Shown: positions 1 to 7,776, counted from the first letter of the stretch. The stretch: DNA of 64,000 bases from Phycisphaerales bacterium (GCA_014379385.1 JACMLW010000134.1:2132-66131), one strand, 5' to 3'. Program-made: numbers and translations. Notes: generated by a model from the sequence alone, not told the origin.

Positions 1-1184
1 AAGGCACCCTGCCCGGTGATCTGGCGCTTGGAGAGCTCGCTCTGCTTCAGGATGATGCTGGCCTCGAGGCGGCGCATCTCGCGATAGGCAACATAGAGGA
101 AGTTGCCCGAGCCGCAGGCAGGGTCGAGGACGCGGAGGCTGGTGAGACGGGCGCGGACGGCGGCGAGCTCTTTGAGGGAGTTGGTCTGCTCGATCGCGGT
201 CGTGAAGGGCTGCACGATCGTCGGACCGACGATCTTCATAATGTCCTGCTGGCTGGTGTAGTGAGCACCCATGGCATGGCGCTCGCCCTCGAGCAACGAG
301 TGCTGGAAGATGGTGCCGAAGATATCCGGGGAGACGAAGGCCCAGTTGTAATCCTCCGCGGCGCGCTTGAGGAAGACGAGTTCGTTGGCGGGGTCGAGTT
401 CGATGGCCGCGGACTGGGAGAAGAGACCGCCGTTGAAGAAGGGGACGGGCTTGAAGCGGCCGCCGGGAGCACCGCCGTGGGCGTTCATGGCCCTGAAGAG
501 GCCGTCGAGGAGGTCAAAGGCCTTGGGGGGATCGACGCATTCCTTGAGGAGCTGAGTGAAGAAGTACTTCGGGAGAAGCTCGATGTCTTCAGCGAAGAGA
601 CAGACAAGGGTCTGCAAGATGAAGCGCTGGCAGTGCGCGGGTGAGGCGGCCTTGCGCTGCAGGAGCGTGCGGTACACCTTCGCGAGCAGGTCGGCGGCCT
701 GCCGGGTCGCCTTTTCCCGGTTGATCTTGAACTGAACCGGCTCATTTGTGGGCCAGAGGAAGTTGAGTGGGCCGTAGCGATCGGGGAGTTCGTCGAGGGT
801 GATCGTGTCCTGTGGCTGGTGGATGTCCTGGTCAAAGTCGTAGATGCGGAACTCGTCGAAGTTGCAGAGGACGACGTAGCGCGGGCGGCCGGGGACGAGC
901 TCTTCCCAGTAGTGGAAGGCCTGGAGGAGGTGGCGGGAGAGGTCTTCGCCGCGCTTCTTCATTTCGATGAGGACAACGGGCTTCCAGACGAGGTCGGCGA
1001 AGCCGGTTCCGGTGTCGCGGCGGACGCGGTGCTCGAGGGTGGCGCCGGCTTCCTTGTAGCCGTCTCGGGAGAAGGCGCGGAAGAGGCGGTCGAGGAAGAC
1101 CTGGGCCTCGCCCTTCTCGTCGCCCTTGAGCGTTTTGGCGTAGGTGACGAAGTCGGCGAGCTGCTTCTTGCGGTCGGCGTCCAT
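1..1184 (-). CDS. MmeI-family type IIL restriction-modification enzyme, N-terminal ~394 aa only (gene runs off the left edge)
   Basis: Not in ORF track (no stop in window). Hand translation of minus strand from ATG at 1184: MDADRKKQLADFVTYAKTLKGDEKGEAQVFLDRLF...GFADLVWKPVVLIEMKKRGEDL (PD-ExK-like D..EMK)...YVVLCNFDEFRIYD...LVCLFAEDIELLP...FFNGGLF...GAHYTSQQDIMKIVGP...LRVLDPACGSGNFLYVAYREMRRLE (SAM motif I). Collinear with MmeI as I remember it. Confidence 0.8.
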   Translation of the reverse strand, partial: MDADRKKQLADFVTYAKTLKGDEKGEAQVFLDRLFRAFSRDGYKEAGATLEHRVRRDTGTGFADLVWKPVVLIEMKKRGEDLSRHLLQAFHYWEELVPGRPRYVVLCNFDEFRIYDFDQDIHQPQDTITLDELPDRYGPLNFLWPTNEPVQFKINREKATRQAADLLAKVYRTLLQRKAASPAHCQRFILQTLVCLFAEDIELLPKYFFTQLLKECVDPPKAFDLLDGLFRAMNAHGGAPGGRFKPVPFFNGGLFSQSAAIELDPANELVFLKRAAEDYNWAFVSPDIFGTIFQHSLLEGERHAMGAHYTSQQDIMKIVGPTIVQPFTTAIEQTNSLKELAAVRARLTSLRVLDPACGSGNFLYVAYREMRRLEASIILKQSELSKRQITGQGA

Positions 1185-1305
1185 GCGGAAAGGGAGTGTA
1201 CCGGCGGCCGCTGGAGTGGGTAGGGTTGGTTCGATTGGATGTACGACGCAGAAGGGCGCGCACCACCCTCAGCGGCGGGACGCGGCCCGGTGAGACGGAC
1301 GAGCG

Positions 1306-1344
1306 CACGGCTTTCCCGCAGAGCCGGGCGAAGCCGTGGCACGG
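1306..1344. repeat. HP-C hairpin repeat, copy 1
   Basis: CACGGCTTTCCCGCAGAGCCGGGCGAAGCCGTGGCACGG. Near-identical 39-nt copy at 48266..48304. Imperfect ~13-bp stem CACGGCTTCCCCG / CGGGCGAAGCCGTG. Intergenic. Confidence 0.85.
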
Positions 1345-1411
1345 GCTCCGGAGCACCGACCACTCAGAGCAGTTGTCCGTGGCACGACGGGCGAAGGCTT
1401 GGGCTGGCGCC

Positions 1412-2674
1412 CTACCCCACCAGAACGACGTCGTCCTGCATGGGGCTCGTGACGCGCGGTCCAATCTTCGGGTCAACGTAGATGTTGATCTCGAGGCGCG
1501 CCCCGAGCTCGGGCGTGTAGACACCGGGCTCGATGGTGAAGCCGATGCCGGGGAGCATGAGGCGCGTGTCGTGGGTCTCGAGGTTGTCGAGGTTCATGCC
1601 CAGGCCGTGGACGAGCGGGCCGCCCGAGAGGCTGTGGCCGGTGCGATGGCGTATGAACGGCTCGTAGCCGGCGGCCACGATCACCTGGTACGCGGCGTCG
1701 TCGAGCTGCCAGCCCTGCACGCCCCCCCCCCCATCCCCGGCCCCTTTCTGGGGCGCGCCCCACGAGTCCATCGCGAGTTTGAGCGAGGCGTCGCGCGCGG
1801 CCTTGACGGTCTCGAAAGCCTTGCGGTGCTGGGCCGGCACCTCGGACTGGGACGCGACGGCGCAGCCGCACCAGGTGATGTCGGCGAAGATGTTGGATTC
1901 GCCGGGGTGGCGGGCCCAGAGGTCGATGAGAATCCAATCGCCCTTGCGGATGGGCGTGGGGCGCTCGGGCGAGGGACCGTAGTGCGGGTCGCCCGCGTGG
2001 GCGTTCGCGGCGACGACGGGCTCGTCGTTGGTGATGAGGCCGGCTTTGGCGAAGGCGTCCATGATGAAGCGGCCGACCTCGTGCTCGTGGATGGGTTGGT
2101 TAGCGCGGAGGCGCGAGCGGATGAGGGCGAAGGCGTCGTCTTTGATGGCCGCGACCTTGGTGGAGGCGTCGTCGTGGAGGCGGACGGCGTCGGGCGACCA
2201 GCGCGCGATGGAGACCTGGACGAGGTCGGCGGAGGAGACGACGTCGAGAGGTCGCGCGCCGCCGAGGGCGCGGATGAACTCGACGGTGCCGGCGTCGGCG
2301 AAGGACATGGCGGGGAGGTCGCCGCCGGGGACGTACTCCATGGCGACGCGGGCGCAGGGCGCCACATGTGTATGGAGCCACTCGTGCATCTGCTTCCAAC
2401 TGATGTAGACGGTCTGCTCGACGGCCGATTCGCCGGTCGAGGGGAGCGCCGCGAACTGCGCGGCGTCGATGGCGCTCACGAGCAGGCGCGGCGTGCCGCG
2501 GGCGGGGATGAGGGCGTAGACGCGCCGGGTGGTCCAGCGCTTGGTGGGGGCGCCGGCGGGTGAGAGCGGCGGGGGGAAGAGCTGGGCGAGGACGGGGTTG
2601 CTGGCGCGGAAGTCGTAGATGAGCCAGGCGTCGATGCGGTGGTCGGACATGTACCGCTGGAGGTCGTGGAGCAT
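1412..2674 (-). CDS. M24 family metallopeptidase (Xaa-Pro aminopeptidase/prolidase-like)
   Basis: 420-aa ORF with ATG start. Creatinase/prolidase-like N-terminal domain, then pita-bread motifs HRTGHSLSGG, GMNLDN and GFTIEPGVY. Confidence 0.9.
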   Translation of the reverse strand: MLHDLQRYMSDHRIDAWLIYDFRASNPVLAQLFPPPLSPAGAPTKRWTTRRVYALIPARGTPRLLVSAIDAAQFAALPSTGESAVEQTVYISWKQMHEWLHTHVAPCARVAMEYVPGGDLPAMSFADAGTVEFIRALGGARPLDVVSSADLVQVSIARWSPDAVRLHDDASTKVAAIKDDAFALIRSRLRANQPIHEHEVGRFIMDAFAKAGLITNDEPVVAANAHAGDPHYGPSPERPTPIRKGDWILIDLWARHPGESNIFADITWCGCAVASQSEVPAQHRKAFETVKAARDASLKLAMDSWGAPQKGAGDGGGGVQGWQLDDAAYQVIVAAGYEPFIRHRTGHSLSGGPLVHGLGMNLDNLETHDTRLMLPGIGFTIEPGVYTPELGARLEINIYVDPKIGPRVTSPMQDDVVLVG

Positions 2675-2764
2675 GGTGGGAAGGGTACAGGGGACAGGTG
2701 ACAGGGGACAGTCGGAAGAGAGCGCTGGCTGTTTCCCGACCCCTTTCGGCTGTACCCTTTGATC

Positions 2765-3235
2765 ATGGACCGAGCATCACTGGTGAAGATGTGGGACGAC
2801 GCGTGGAAGGAAGGGTTGTGGGCGGCGCCGTGGTCGAAATCGGTGGAGGGGTTGACGGCGGCGCAGGCCGCGTGGCAGCCGGAGGCGGCGGGTGCGCCGG
2901 GGGGAATGAGCGCGGGGAAGCGGCACAGCATCTGGCAGATCGTGTCGCACATGTGCTTCTGGCGCGAGTACGGGCTGGAGCGCGCGAGGGGCGGGGCGAA
3001 CCGGAGCGAGGCGGATGTCGCCGCGAATAACTGGCCGCAGCCCGCGACGCCGACCGAGGAGGGGTGGAAGGCCCTGCGCGAGCGGCTGGCGAGATCGCAG
3101 CAGGCGATCGGCGCGGCGTTCGCGGATGAAAGGGTGCCGCTGGACCGGCTGAAGTACGTGCTGGGTCACGACTGTTATCACATGGGTCAGATCAGCGTCG
3201 TGCGCGCGATGCTGGGGCTGGCGGCGATTGAGTAG
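2765..3235 (+). CDS. DinB family protein
   Basis: ORF 2759..3235 trimmed to ATG 2765. HSIWQIVSHM and LGHDCYHMGQI His-containing helices are typical of DinB_2. Confidence 0.8.
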   Translation: MDRASLVKMWDDAWKEGLWAAPWSKSVEGLTAAQAAWQPEAAGAPGGMSAGKRHSIWQIVSHMCFWREYGLERARGGANRSEADVAANNWPQPATPTEEGWKALRERLARSQQAIGAAFADERVPLDRLKYVLGHDCYHMGQISVVRAMLGLAAIE

Positions 3236-3279
3236 GAAGCCACAGGGGGCTGAGCGGCGGGCGAGAGGCGTAAGGCACT

Positions 3280-3735
3280 ATGAAAACGATGAGCGTGACG
3301 ACGACGATCGAGGCACCGGCGCGGCGGGTGTTCGAGGTGTTTGCGGACCTTCGGAACGCCGCGGGGCGCGTGAAGGGGATCACGGCGCTGGAGGTGCTGA
3401 CCGAGGGGCCGATCGGGAAGGGGACGCGCTTCAGAGAGACGCGGAAGATGTTCGGCAGGGAAGCGACAGAGACGATGGAGATACTCGAGTTCGAGCCCGA
3501 TCGCGGCTACCTGGTTGGGGGCGAATCGTGCGGGATGCGGTGGCGCTCGACGTTCGACTTTGTGCCGGAGGCAGGCGGGGAGAGGACGCGCGTGACGATG
3601 ACGTTCGCGGCGACGCCGTTGACGCTGATGGCGAAGCTCATGTCGCCGCTGTCGGGGATGATGACAAAGGCGTGCCGGAAGATGCTCGAGCGTGATCTGG
3701 CGGACCTGAAGGGCGCGGCGGAGGCGGGGTCGTAG
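3280..3735 (+). CDS. SRPBCC (START/Bet v1-like) family protein
   Basis: 151 aa. N-terminus MSVTTTIEAPARRVFEVFADL and overall pattern are typical of polyketide-cyclase/SRPBCC proteins. Confidence 0.75.
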   Translation: MKTMSVTTTIEAPARRVFEVFADLRNAAGRVKGITALEVLTEGPIGKGTRFRETRKMFGREATETMEILEFEPDRGYLVGGESCGMRWRSTFDFVPEAGGERTRVTMTFAATPLTLMAKLMSPLSGMMTKACRKMLERDLADLKGAAEAGS

Positions 3736-3762
3736 GGCGGGAAGGAGCGAGGGCCCTGACAC

Positions 3763-4686
3763 TCAGCGTGCCGGACGCCGCGTGGACGTGGGCGGCGCGA
3801 TCATGTGGGAGCCGGGGGAGGTTGCCGGCCGGGAGGCTTCGCGGCTAACAAAGCGGAGGTCGTAGTCGGGGGTGTGGTAGTCCTCGGGGTCGCTGCCTGG
3901 GAAGACCGTGTGGTAATCGGAGTGGCCGTCGAGGAAGAGCATCACCGACATGTTGGTGTCGCCGTAGTCGTTCACGATCGTGAAGCCATCCGAGAAGTTG
4001 TTGTTCACGATGGACTGGAACTGGTCGGTGAGCCAGACGAAGCGGGCGGGATTCAGGTACTCGCCGGTCGCGATGCGGCGGGTGCCCTCGTTGAAATGGG
4101 CTTCAAAGCCGCCGGGTTGAAAGTTCTGACTCCACCATTCCATGTTGGTTTGGTAGCTGGTGCCGATGTCGTCATAGCAGGAGACGCCGGGCGTCGGGTT
4201 GGGCCAGTTGCGCTGGAACGTGCGGTTATCGGCGGGATCGCGGTAGATCTCGGCCTGGGCACTCAGGCGCTCCGAGTGATTCATCGGGAGACGGCCGGGC
4301 AGCGGCGGCGCGTAGAACACCGTGCCCGGCATGGTGTAGGCATTGAGCGGGCGATCCGCGGCCTCTACATCGAAGACACCGCCCGCGTAGGGATACCAGA
4401 ACGGACCATTGTTGTTCTTGCCGCCGAATGCCCAAGTACACCATCCGGAGTTCGGGGGGGTGAAGCCGCGGGGGTTCTTGCTCATGACCATTGGCGTGTA
4501 GCCGTAGTTATCGGCCTGGTAGGTGGCGGTTGCGGCGCCGATAATGCGGAGTTTGTTAAGAGACTCATCGGGCCAGACGCGGCGGGCGCCGGAGGCGATG
4601 ACGACTGCTCCGAGGGCCGATGCCAATACGATCGATGCGAGCAGCTCGGTGCGGCTCAAGGCGCGCCGGGACGTTTGGAACACCAT
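3763..4686 (-). CDS. Prepilin-like / H-X9-DG-like protein with degenerate N-terminal signal
   Basis: ORF 3763..4881 trimmed to ATG 4686 (MVFQTSRRALSRTELLASIVLASALGAVVIA). Hydrophobic pilin-like helix with a Glu but no G|F cleavage motif. C-terminal MSVMLFLDGHSDY resembles the tails of the paralogs at 10706 and 61014. Start uncertain (alternative 4767). Confidence 0.6.
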   Translation of the reverse strand: MVFQTSRRALSRTELLASIVLASALGAVVIASGARRVWPDESLNKLRIIGAATATYQADNYGYTPMVMSKNPRGFTPPNSGWCTWAFGGKNNNGPFWYPYAGGVFDVEAADRPLNAYTMPGTVFYAPPLPGRLPMNHSERLSAQAEIYRDPADNRTFQRNWPNPTPGVSCYDDIGTSYQTNMEWWSQNFQPGGFEAHFNEGTRRIATGEYLNPARFVWLTDQFQSIVNNNFSDGFTIVNDYGDTNMSVMLFLDGHSDYHTVFPGSDPEDYHTPDYDLRFVSREASRPATSPGSHMIAPPTSTRRPAR

Positions 4687-4892
4687 GAGCCCTCCTGTTG
4701 CCCCGACGAGTCGTTGGGTCTCTGCCCTTGAACCATCCACCGCCGCTCGCACCCCGCCCCGCAGCATACTTCTTTGCGGCAGGAACGCAAGGGGTTCCGG
4801 GAAAGCGGACAGGTTACAGGGGCCGGGGGAAAAACAGAAAGCGCAGAGCTCAGAACGCAGAGCGTCAATCGGAAGTAACAAAGCGGAACTCG

Positions 4893-5240
4893 CTAGTTAC
4901 TTGGTCCGGGCTTGTTTCCCGGCTGCTCGCGCGGGTCGATCTCGCGGAGGTATTGCCAGGAGTAGATGCCGGTGTCGTGGCCGTCGGAGAATCGGATTCG
5001 GAGCGCGTAGTTGCCGACGAGCTCGGCGGACTCGGCGGTGAGGGGGCCGGACTGGCGCGCGGCCGCGCCCGAGAGCACGCGGAGCGGGTTGTGCTTCGCG
5101 GCCTTGCGCTCCTCGCGCACCTCAGCGGAGGGGGACATCTGGCGCAGGTAGGCGATGGTGTAGTAGGAGGTCGCACCGTCGGCCCACTCGATGGTGAGGC
5201 CGCGATCTTTCTTGAGGTCGATCTGGCGGGGTTGTTCCAT
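4893..5240 (-). CDS. DUF971 (gamma-butyrobetaine hydroxylase N-terminal-like) protein
   Basis: 115 aa. LTIEWADGATSYYTIAYLRQ ... GNYALRIRFSDGHDTGIYSWQYLREI matches the DUF971 pattern. Confidence 0.8.
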   Translation of the reverse strand: MEQPRQIDLKKDRGLTIEWADGATSYYTIAYLRQMSPSAEVREERKAAKHNPLRVLSGAAARQSGPLTAESAELVGNYALRIRFSDGHDTGIYSWQYLREIDPREQPGNKPGPSN

Positions 5241-5360
5241 TCGCGATGGACTCTATGGGTGGGAGGAGAGAGGGAGGAGAGAGGAGGTGCCGCGCAGTGA
5301 GTGTTGTTACGCCGCGCGTGCTGCCCTCCCATCACGCGGCGTTGAGCGATGGGAGAGCAC

Positions 5361-5385
5361 GCACAGGCGGGACGCCTGTGCCACC
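5361..5385. repeat. HP-A hairpin repeat, copy 1
   Basis: GCACAGGCGGGACGCCTGTGCCACC: 9-bp stem GCACAGGCG/CGCCTGTGC, loop GGA, tail CACC. Identical copies at 7693..7717 and 52547..52571. Confidence 0.9.
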
Positions 5386-5397
5386 AGGAAAGGCGGA

Positions 5398-5436
5398 GCA
5401 CCGGTTGCCGCTCAGGGCAGCGGCGAACCGGTGGCA
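5398..5436. repeat. HP-E hairpin (longer stem, single copy in window)
   Basis: GCACCGGTTGCCGCTCAGGGCAGCGGCGAACCGGTGGCAC: ~15-bp stem with one bulge, 12 nt downstream of HP-A copy 1. Confidence 0.75.
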
Positions 5437-5489
5437 CGAGGCACGGCTACCGTCTTTGTGTGAGCACTCATCCGTCATCGTCGTCGCCA

Positions 5490-6458
5490 ATGCCGCGGGC
5501 GCTGGGCCTGAACACTGATCATTTCTCGGATCGCCTGTACGGCGCGATCGGCGCGACGGGGACACCGGGGTGCGTGGGGCTGGACCCGGTGTACGAGCGG
5601 CTGCCGGGGGCGGTTGTGAACGCGAAGCCCGAGTTCGGGCCGACGTGGGCGATGCTGCTGTTCAGCCGCGGCGTGATGGAGGCGGTGGCGGGGCTGATCC
5701 CGGCGATCAAGTTTCAGTCGGCGTGCTTTGAGCGGTATGGGGCGATGGGGCTGGCGACGCTGCACCAGCTTGTGTCGGTGGCGAAGAGCATGGGGTTTGT
5801 GGTGATCCTGGATGCGAAACGCGGCGACATCGGCGTGACGGCGGAGCACTATGCCGCGGCGAGCTTTGATCCGACGACGGAGCCGGAGGCGGGGAAGGGG
5901 CGCGTGGGGGGCGCCGATGCGCTGACGGTGTCGGGGTATCTGGGGATGGACACGGTGGAGCCGTTTCTCAAGCCGCGGGGCGATGGGCTGGCGCGGGGGG
6001 TGTTCGTGCTGGTGCGGACGAGCAACCCGGGGTCGGATGAGGTCCAGAGCCTGCGGCTGGAGGATGGCCGGACGGTGGCGCAGATGATGGCGGACCACGT
6101 GGCGGAAATCGGTCATGCATCGCGCGGGTTGTGCGGGCTGAGCGATGTGGGCGCCGTGGTCGGGGCGACGAAAAGTGGCGAGGGGGCTGCGCTGCGGGCG
6201 CGGATGCCGGACCAGTACTTCCTGGTGCCGGGGTATGGGGCGCAGGGTGGGACGATCGAGGACATCAGGCCGATGATGCGGCGAGCGGGGCGTGGCGGGA
6301 GTGAAGGTCCGATGTCGCCTGCCGCGGAGGCGGGGGTGCTGGTGACGGCGAGCCGCTCGGTGATCTACGCGTTCGAGCAGGATGAGGCGCACTGGCAGGC
6401 CGCGGTGCGGAGCGCTGCGGAGCGGTTCGCCGGGGAGCTGCGGGGCTTGTTGGAGTAG
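5490..6458 (+). CDS. pyrF: Orotidine-5'-phosphate decarboxylase, type 2
   Basis: ORF 5349..6458 trimmed to ATG 5490 (MPRALGLNTDHFSDRL). Motifs GLDPVYERLP, ILDAKRGDIGVTAEHYA, LVRTSNPGS, FLVPGYGAQGG. Confidence 0.9.
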   Translation: MPRALGLNTDHFSDRLYGAIGATGTPGCVGLDPVYERLPGAVVNAKPEFGPTWAMLLFSRGVMEAVAGLIPAIKFQSACFERYGAMGLATLHQLVSVAKSMGFVVILDAKRGDIGVTAEHYAAASFDPTTEPEAGKGRVGGADALTVSGYLGMDTVEPFLKPRGDGLARGVFVLVRTSNPGSDEVQSLRLEDGRTVAQMMADHVAEIGHASRGLCGLSDVGAVVGATKSGEGAALRARMPDQYFLVPGYGAQGGTIEDIRPMMRRAGRGGSEGPMSPAAEAGVLVTASRSVIYAFEQDEAHWQAAVRSAAERFAGELRGLLE

Positions 6459-6540
6459 GGCGAGGAAGCGGACAGGTTGCAGCCGGACGAATCCGACCGA
6501 TTTCGTTTGGTCGGTCGTCGTCACAGGGAGGCAGCATCTT

Positions 6541-6915
6541 TCAATCCGATGCGCAGGTAGAACAGACGCCGTAGAGGGTGAGCTCGTGGCCTTCGAGGCG
6601 GAAGCCGGGGGGCGTGAGGGACTTGAGGTTGCCGGGGCAACCGCCGACCTCGAAGACGCGCTCACACTGGCGGCAGCGGAAGTGATGGTGGTGGGCGAGG
6701 CCGGAGCGTTCGTAGTGGGGGGCTTGCCCGGGGAGCTCGACGGTGACGAGCCAGCCCTCATCGACGAGTGCGCGGATGGTGCGGTACACCGTCGCCTGGC
6801 CGAGGCCGGGGACGCGCTTGCGCGCGACCTTGAGGATGTCGGGCGGGCTGAGGGGACGGCCGGCGTCGTCGAGCACGTCGCGGATGGCCTGGCGTTGGCG
6901 GGTGTCGCGGGGCAT
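6541..6915 (-). CDS. Fur family transcriptional regulator
   Basis: ORF 6541..7362 trimmed to ATG 6915 (124 aa): MPRDTRQRQAIRDVL...ATVYRTIRALVDEGW (wHTH), HHHHFRCRQC and GVCSTC metal sites. The upstream part of the ORF is low-complexity. Confidence 0.85.
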   Translation of the reverse strand: MPRDTRQRQAIRDVLDDAGRPLSPPDILKVARKRVPGLGQATVYRTIRALVDEGWLVTVELPGQAPHYERSGLAHHHHFRCRQCERVFEVGGCPGNLKSLTPPGFRLEGHELTLYGVCSTCASD

Positions 6916-7093
6916 GGGATCGGGGAAGGGTATGAGGTGGGAGGGGAGGAGTAAGAGGTTGGAACGCGAAGGTCGCGAAGAGCGCGAAGAAGAAAGGAGG
7001 ATAAGAAGAATGGAAGCAGGAGAAAGAGGGGAGATGACCACGCGGATATTGGGAGGGCACGGAGCACACGGAGTAGAACGGGAGGGTGCGCGG
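6916..7093. other. Strand-asymmetric polypurine (+) / polypyrimidine (-) intergenic tract
   Basis: The whole 178-nt spacer between the cytochrome c stop and the fur start is strongly purine-rich on the + strand (gggaaggg..gggaggggaggag..gaagaagaaaggagg..ggaagcaggagaaagagggg). It contains CTTCGCG-type short repeats on the minus strand. Confidence 0.8.
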
Positions 7094-7696
7094 CTACTTG
7101 CCGTCGTGAGACATGGTGGGGTCGGGCCCCGGGTGAGAGAAGCCGGGGTCGTGGGTGATGCGAGTGGTCTTGCCGGCGCGCTCGGCGGTGACGATCCAGG
7201 CGCTGCGATCGTCCTGATCGCAGAGGATGAGTGACCAGGTGTGACCATCGACGGTTGCGGGGACGGGCGCGTCGTCAATGAGAACGAAGACGCTGGAGCC
7301 GGGCGAGACTTCGCCGCGGAGGGTGCCGCTTGCGTAACTGGTGATGACGAGGAAGGGCTCATCGGCGGCGAGGGCGCGGTGGAACGCGGTGAGTGCCGCG
7401 AGGGCTTCGCCTTCGAGGGGGGACTGGCCGGGACCGGCCGTCATCTCGCGGACGATGCGGGCGAGGGCGTCGTCATCGGTAGCGGCGGCGAAGGGGCGGT
7501 TGTAGTAGTCGCCGTACGGGCCGTGGCATGAGGCGCAGTGGGTATCGAAGTAGGTGAGTGTGTCGAGGCCGGTGGGCGATGCGCCTGCGACGGGTGCGGA
7601 TGGCGATGATTGCGGCGGGGTTGGAAGCGAACGCTCACCACAGGCAGACAACAAGGGGAAGAGGAGGATGGCGAGCAGGCGTAGATGAGCGCGCAC
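7094..7696 (-). CDS. Monoheme c-type cytochrome lipoprotein
   Basis: ORF 7094..8152 trimmed to in-frame GTG 7696 (VRAHLRLLAILLFPLLSACG, lipobox LSAC). Single CASCH heme-binding motif. The upstream part of the ORF overlaps the neighbouring gene and is Arg/Pro-rich. Start is inferred. Confidence 0.7.
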   Translation of the reverse strand: MRAHLRLLAILLFPLLSACGERSLPTPPQSSPSAPVAGASPTGLDTLTYFDTHCASCHGPYGDYYNRPFAAATDDDALARIVREMTAGPGQSPLEGEALAALTAFHRALAADEPFLVITSYASGTLRGEVSPGSSVFVLIDDAPVPATVDGHTWSLILCDQDDRSAWIVTAERAGKTTRITHDPGFSHPGPDPTMSHDGK

Positions 7697-7738
7697 AGGC
7701 GGGACGCCTGTGCCACCACAAGGGATGCCTGTGCCACC
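7693..7738. repeat. HP-A hairpin copy 2 plus adjacent degenerate half-copy
   Basis: GCACAGGCGGGACGCCTGTGCCACC (7693..7717) followed by ACAAGGGATGCCTGTGCCACC. Overlaps the proposed GTG start at 7696. Confidence 0.85.
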
Positions 7739-7776
7739 AGGAACAGCAAAGGGTCCGCTCGTTTGCGATGCGTGTG

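Noticed and set aside
1338-1346. TGGCAC in the hairpin repeats as sigma-54 -24 elements
   Set aside because: None of the TGGCAC occurrences (HP-A, -B, -C, -E, also 31676 and 16961) is followed by TTGC(A/T) at the correct 5-nt spacing. The motif is part of the stem or tail of the repeats.
1196-2563. 455-aa plus-strand ORF covering the M24 peptidase locus
   Set aside because: It is antisense to a gene with clear M24 motifs. The translation is Gly/Ala/Arg/Asp/Val-rich with no recognisable domain, typical of a shadow ORF in high-GC DNA.
5475-7067. 530-aa minus-strand ORF spanning pyrF and fur
   Set aside because: Arg/Pro/His-rich nonsense, antisense to pyrF. It crosses the fur gene in a different frame.
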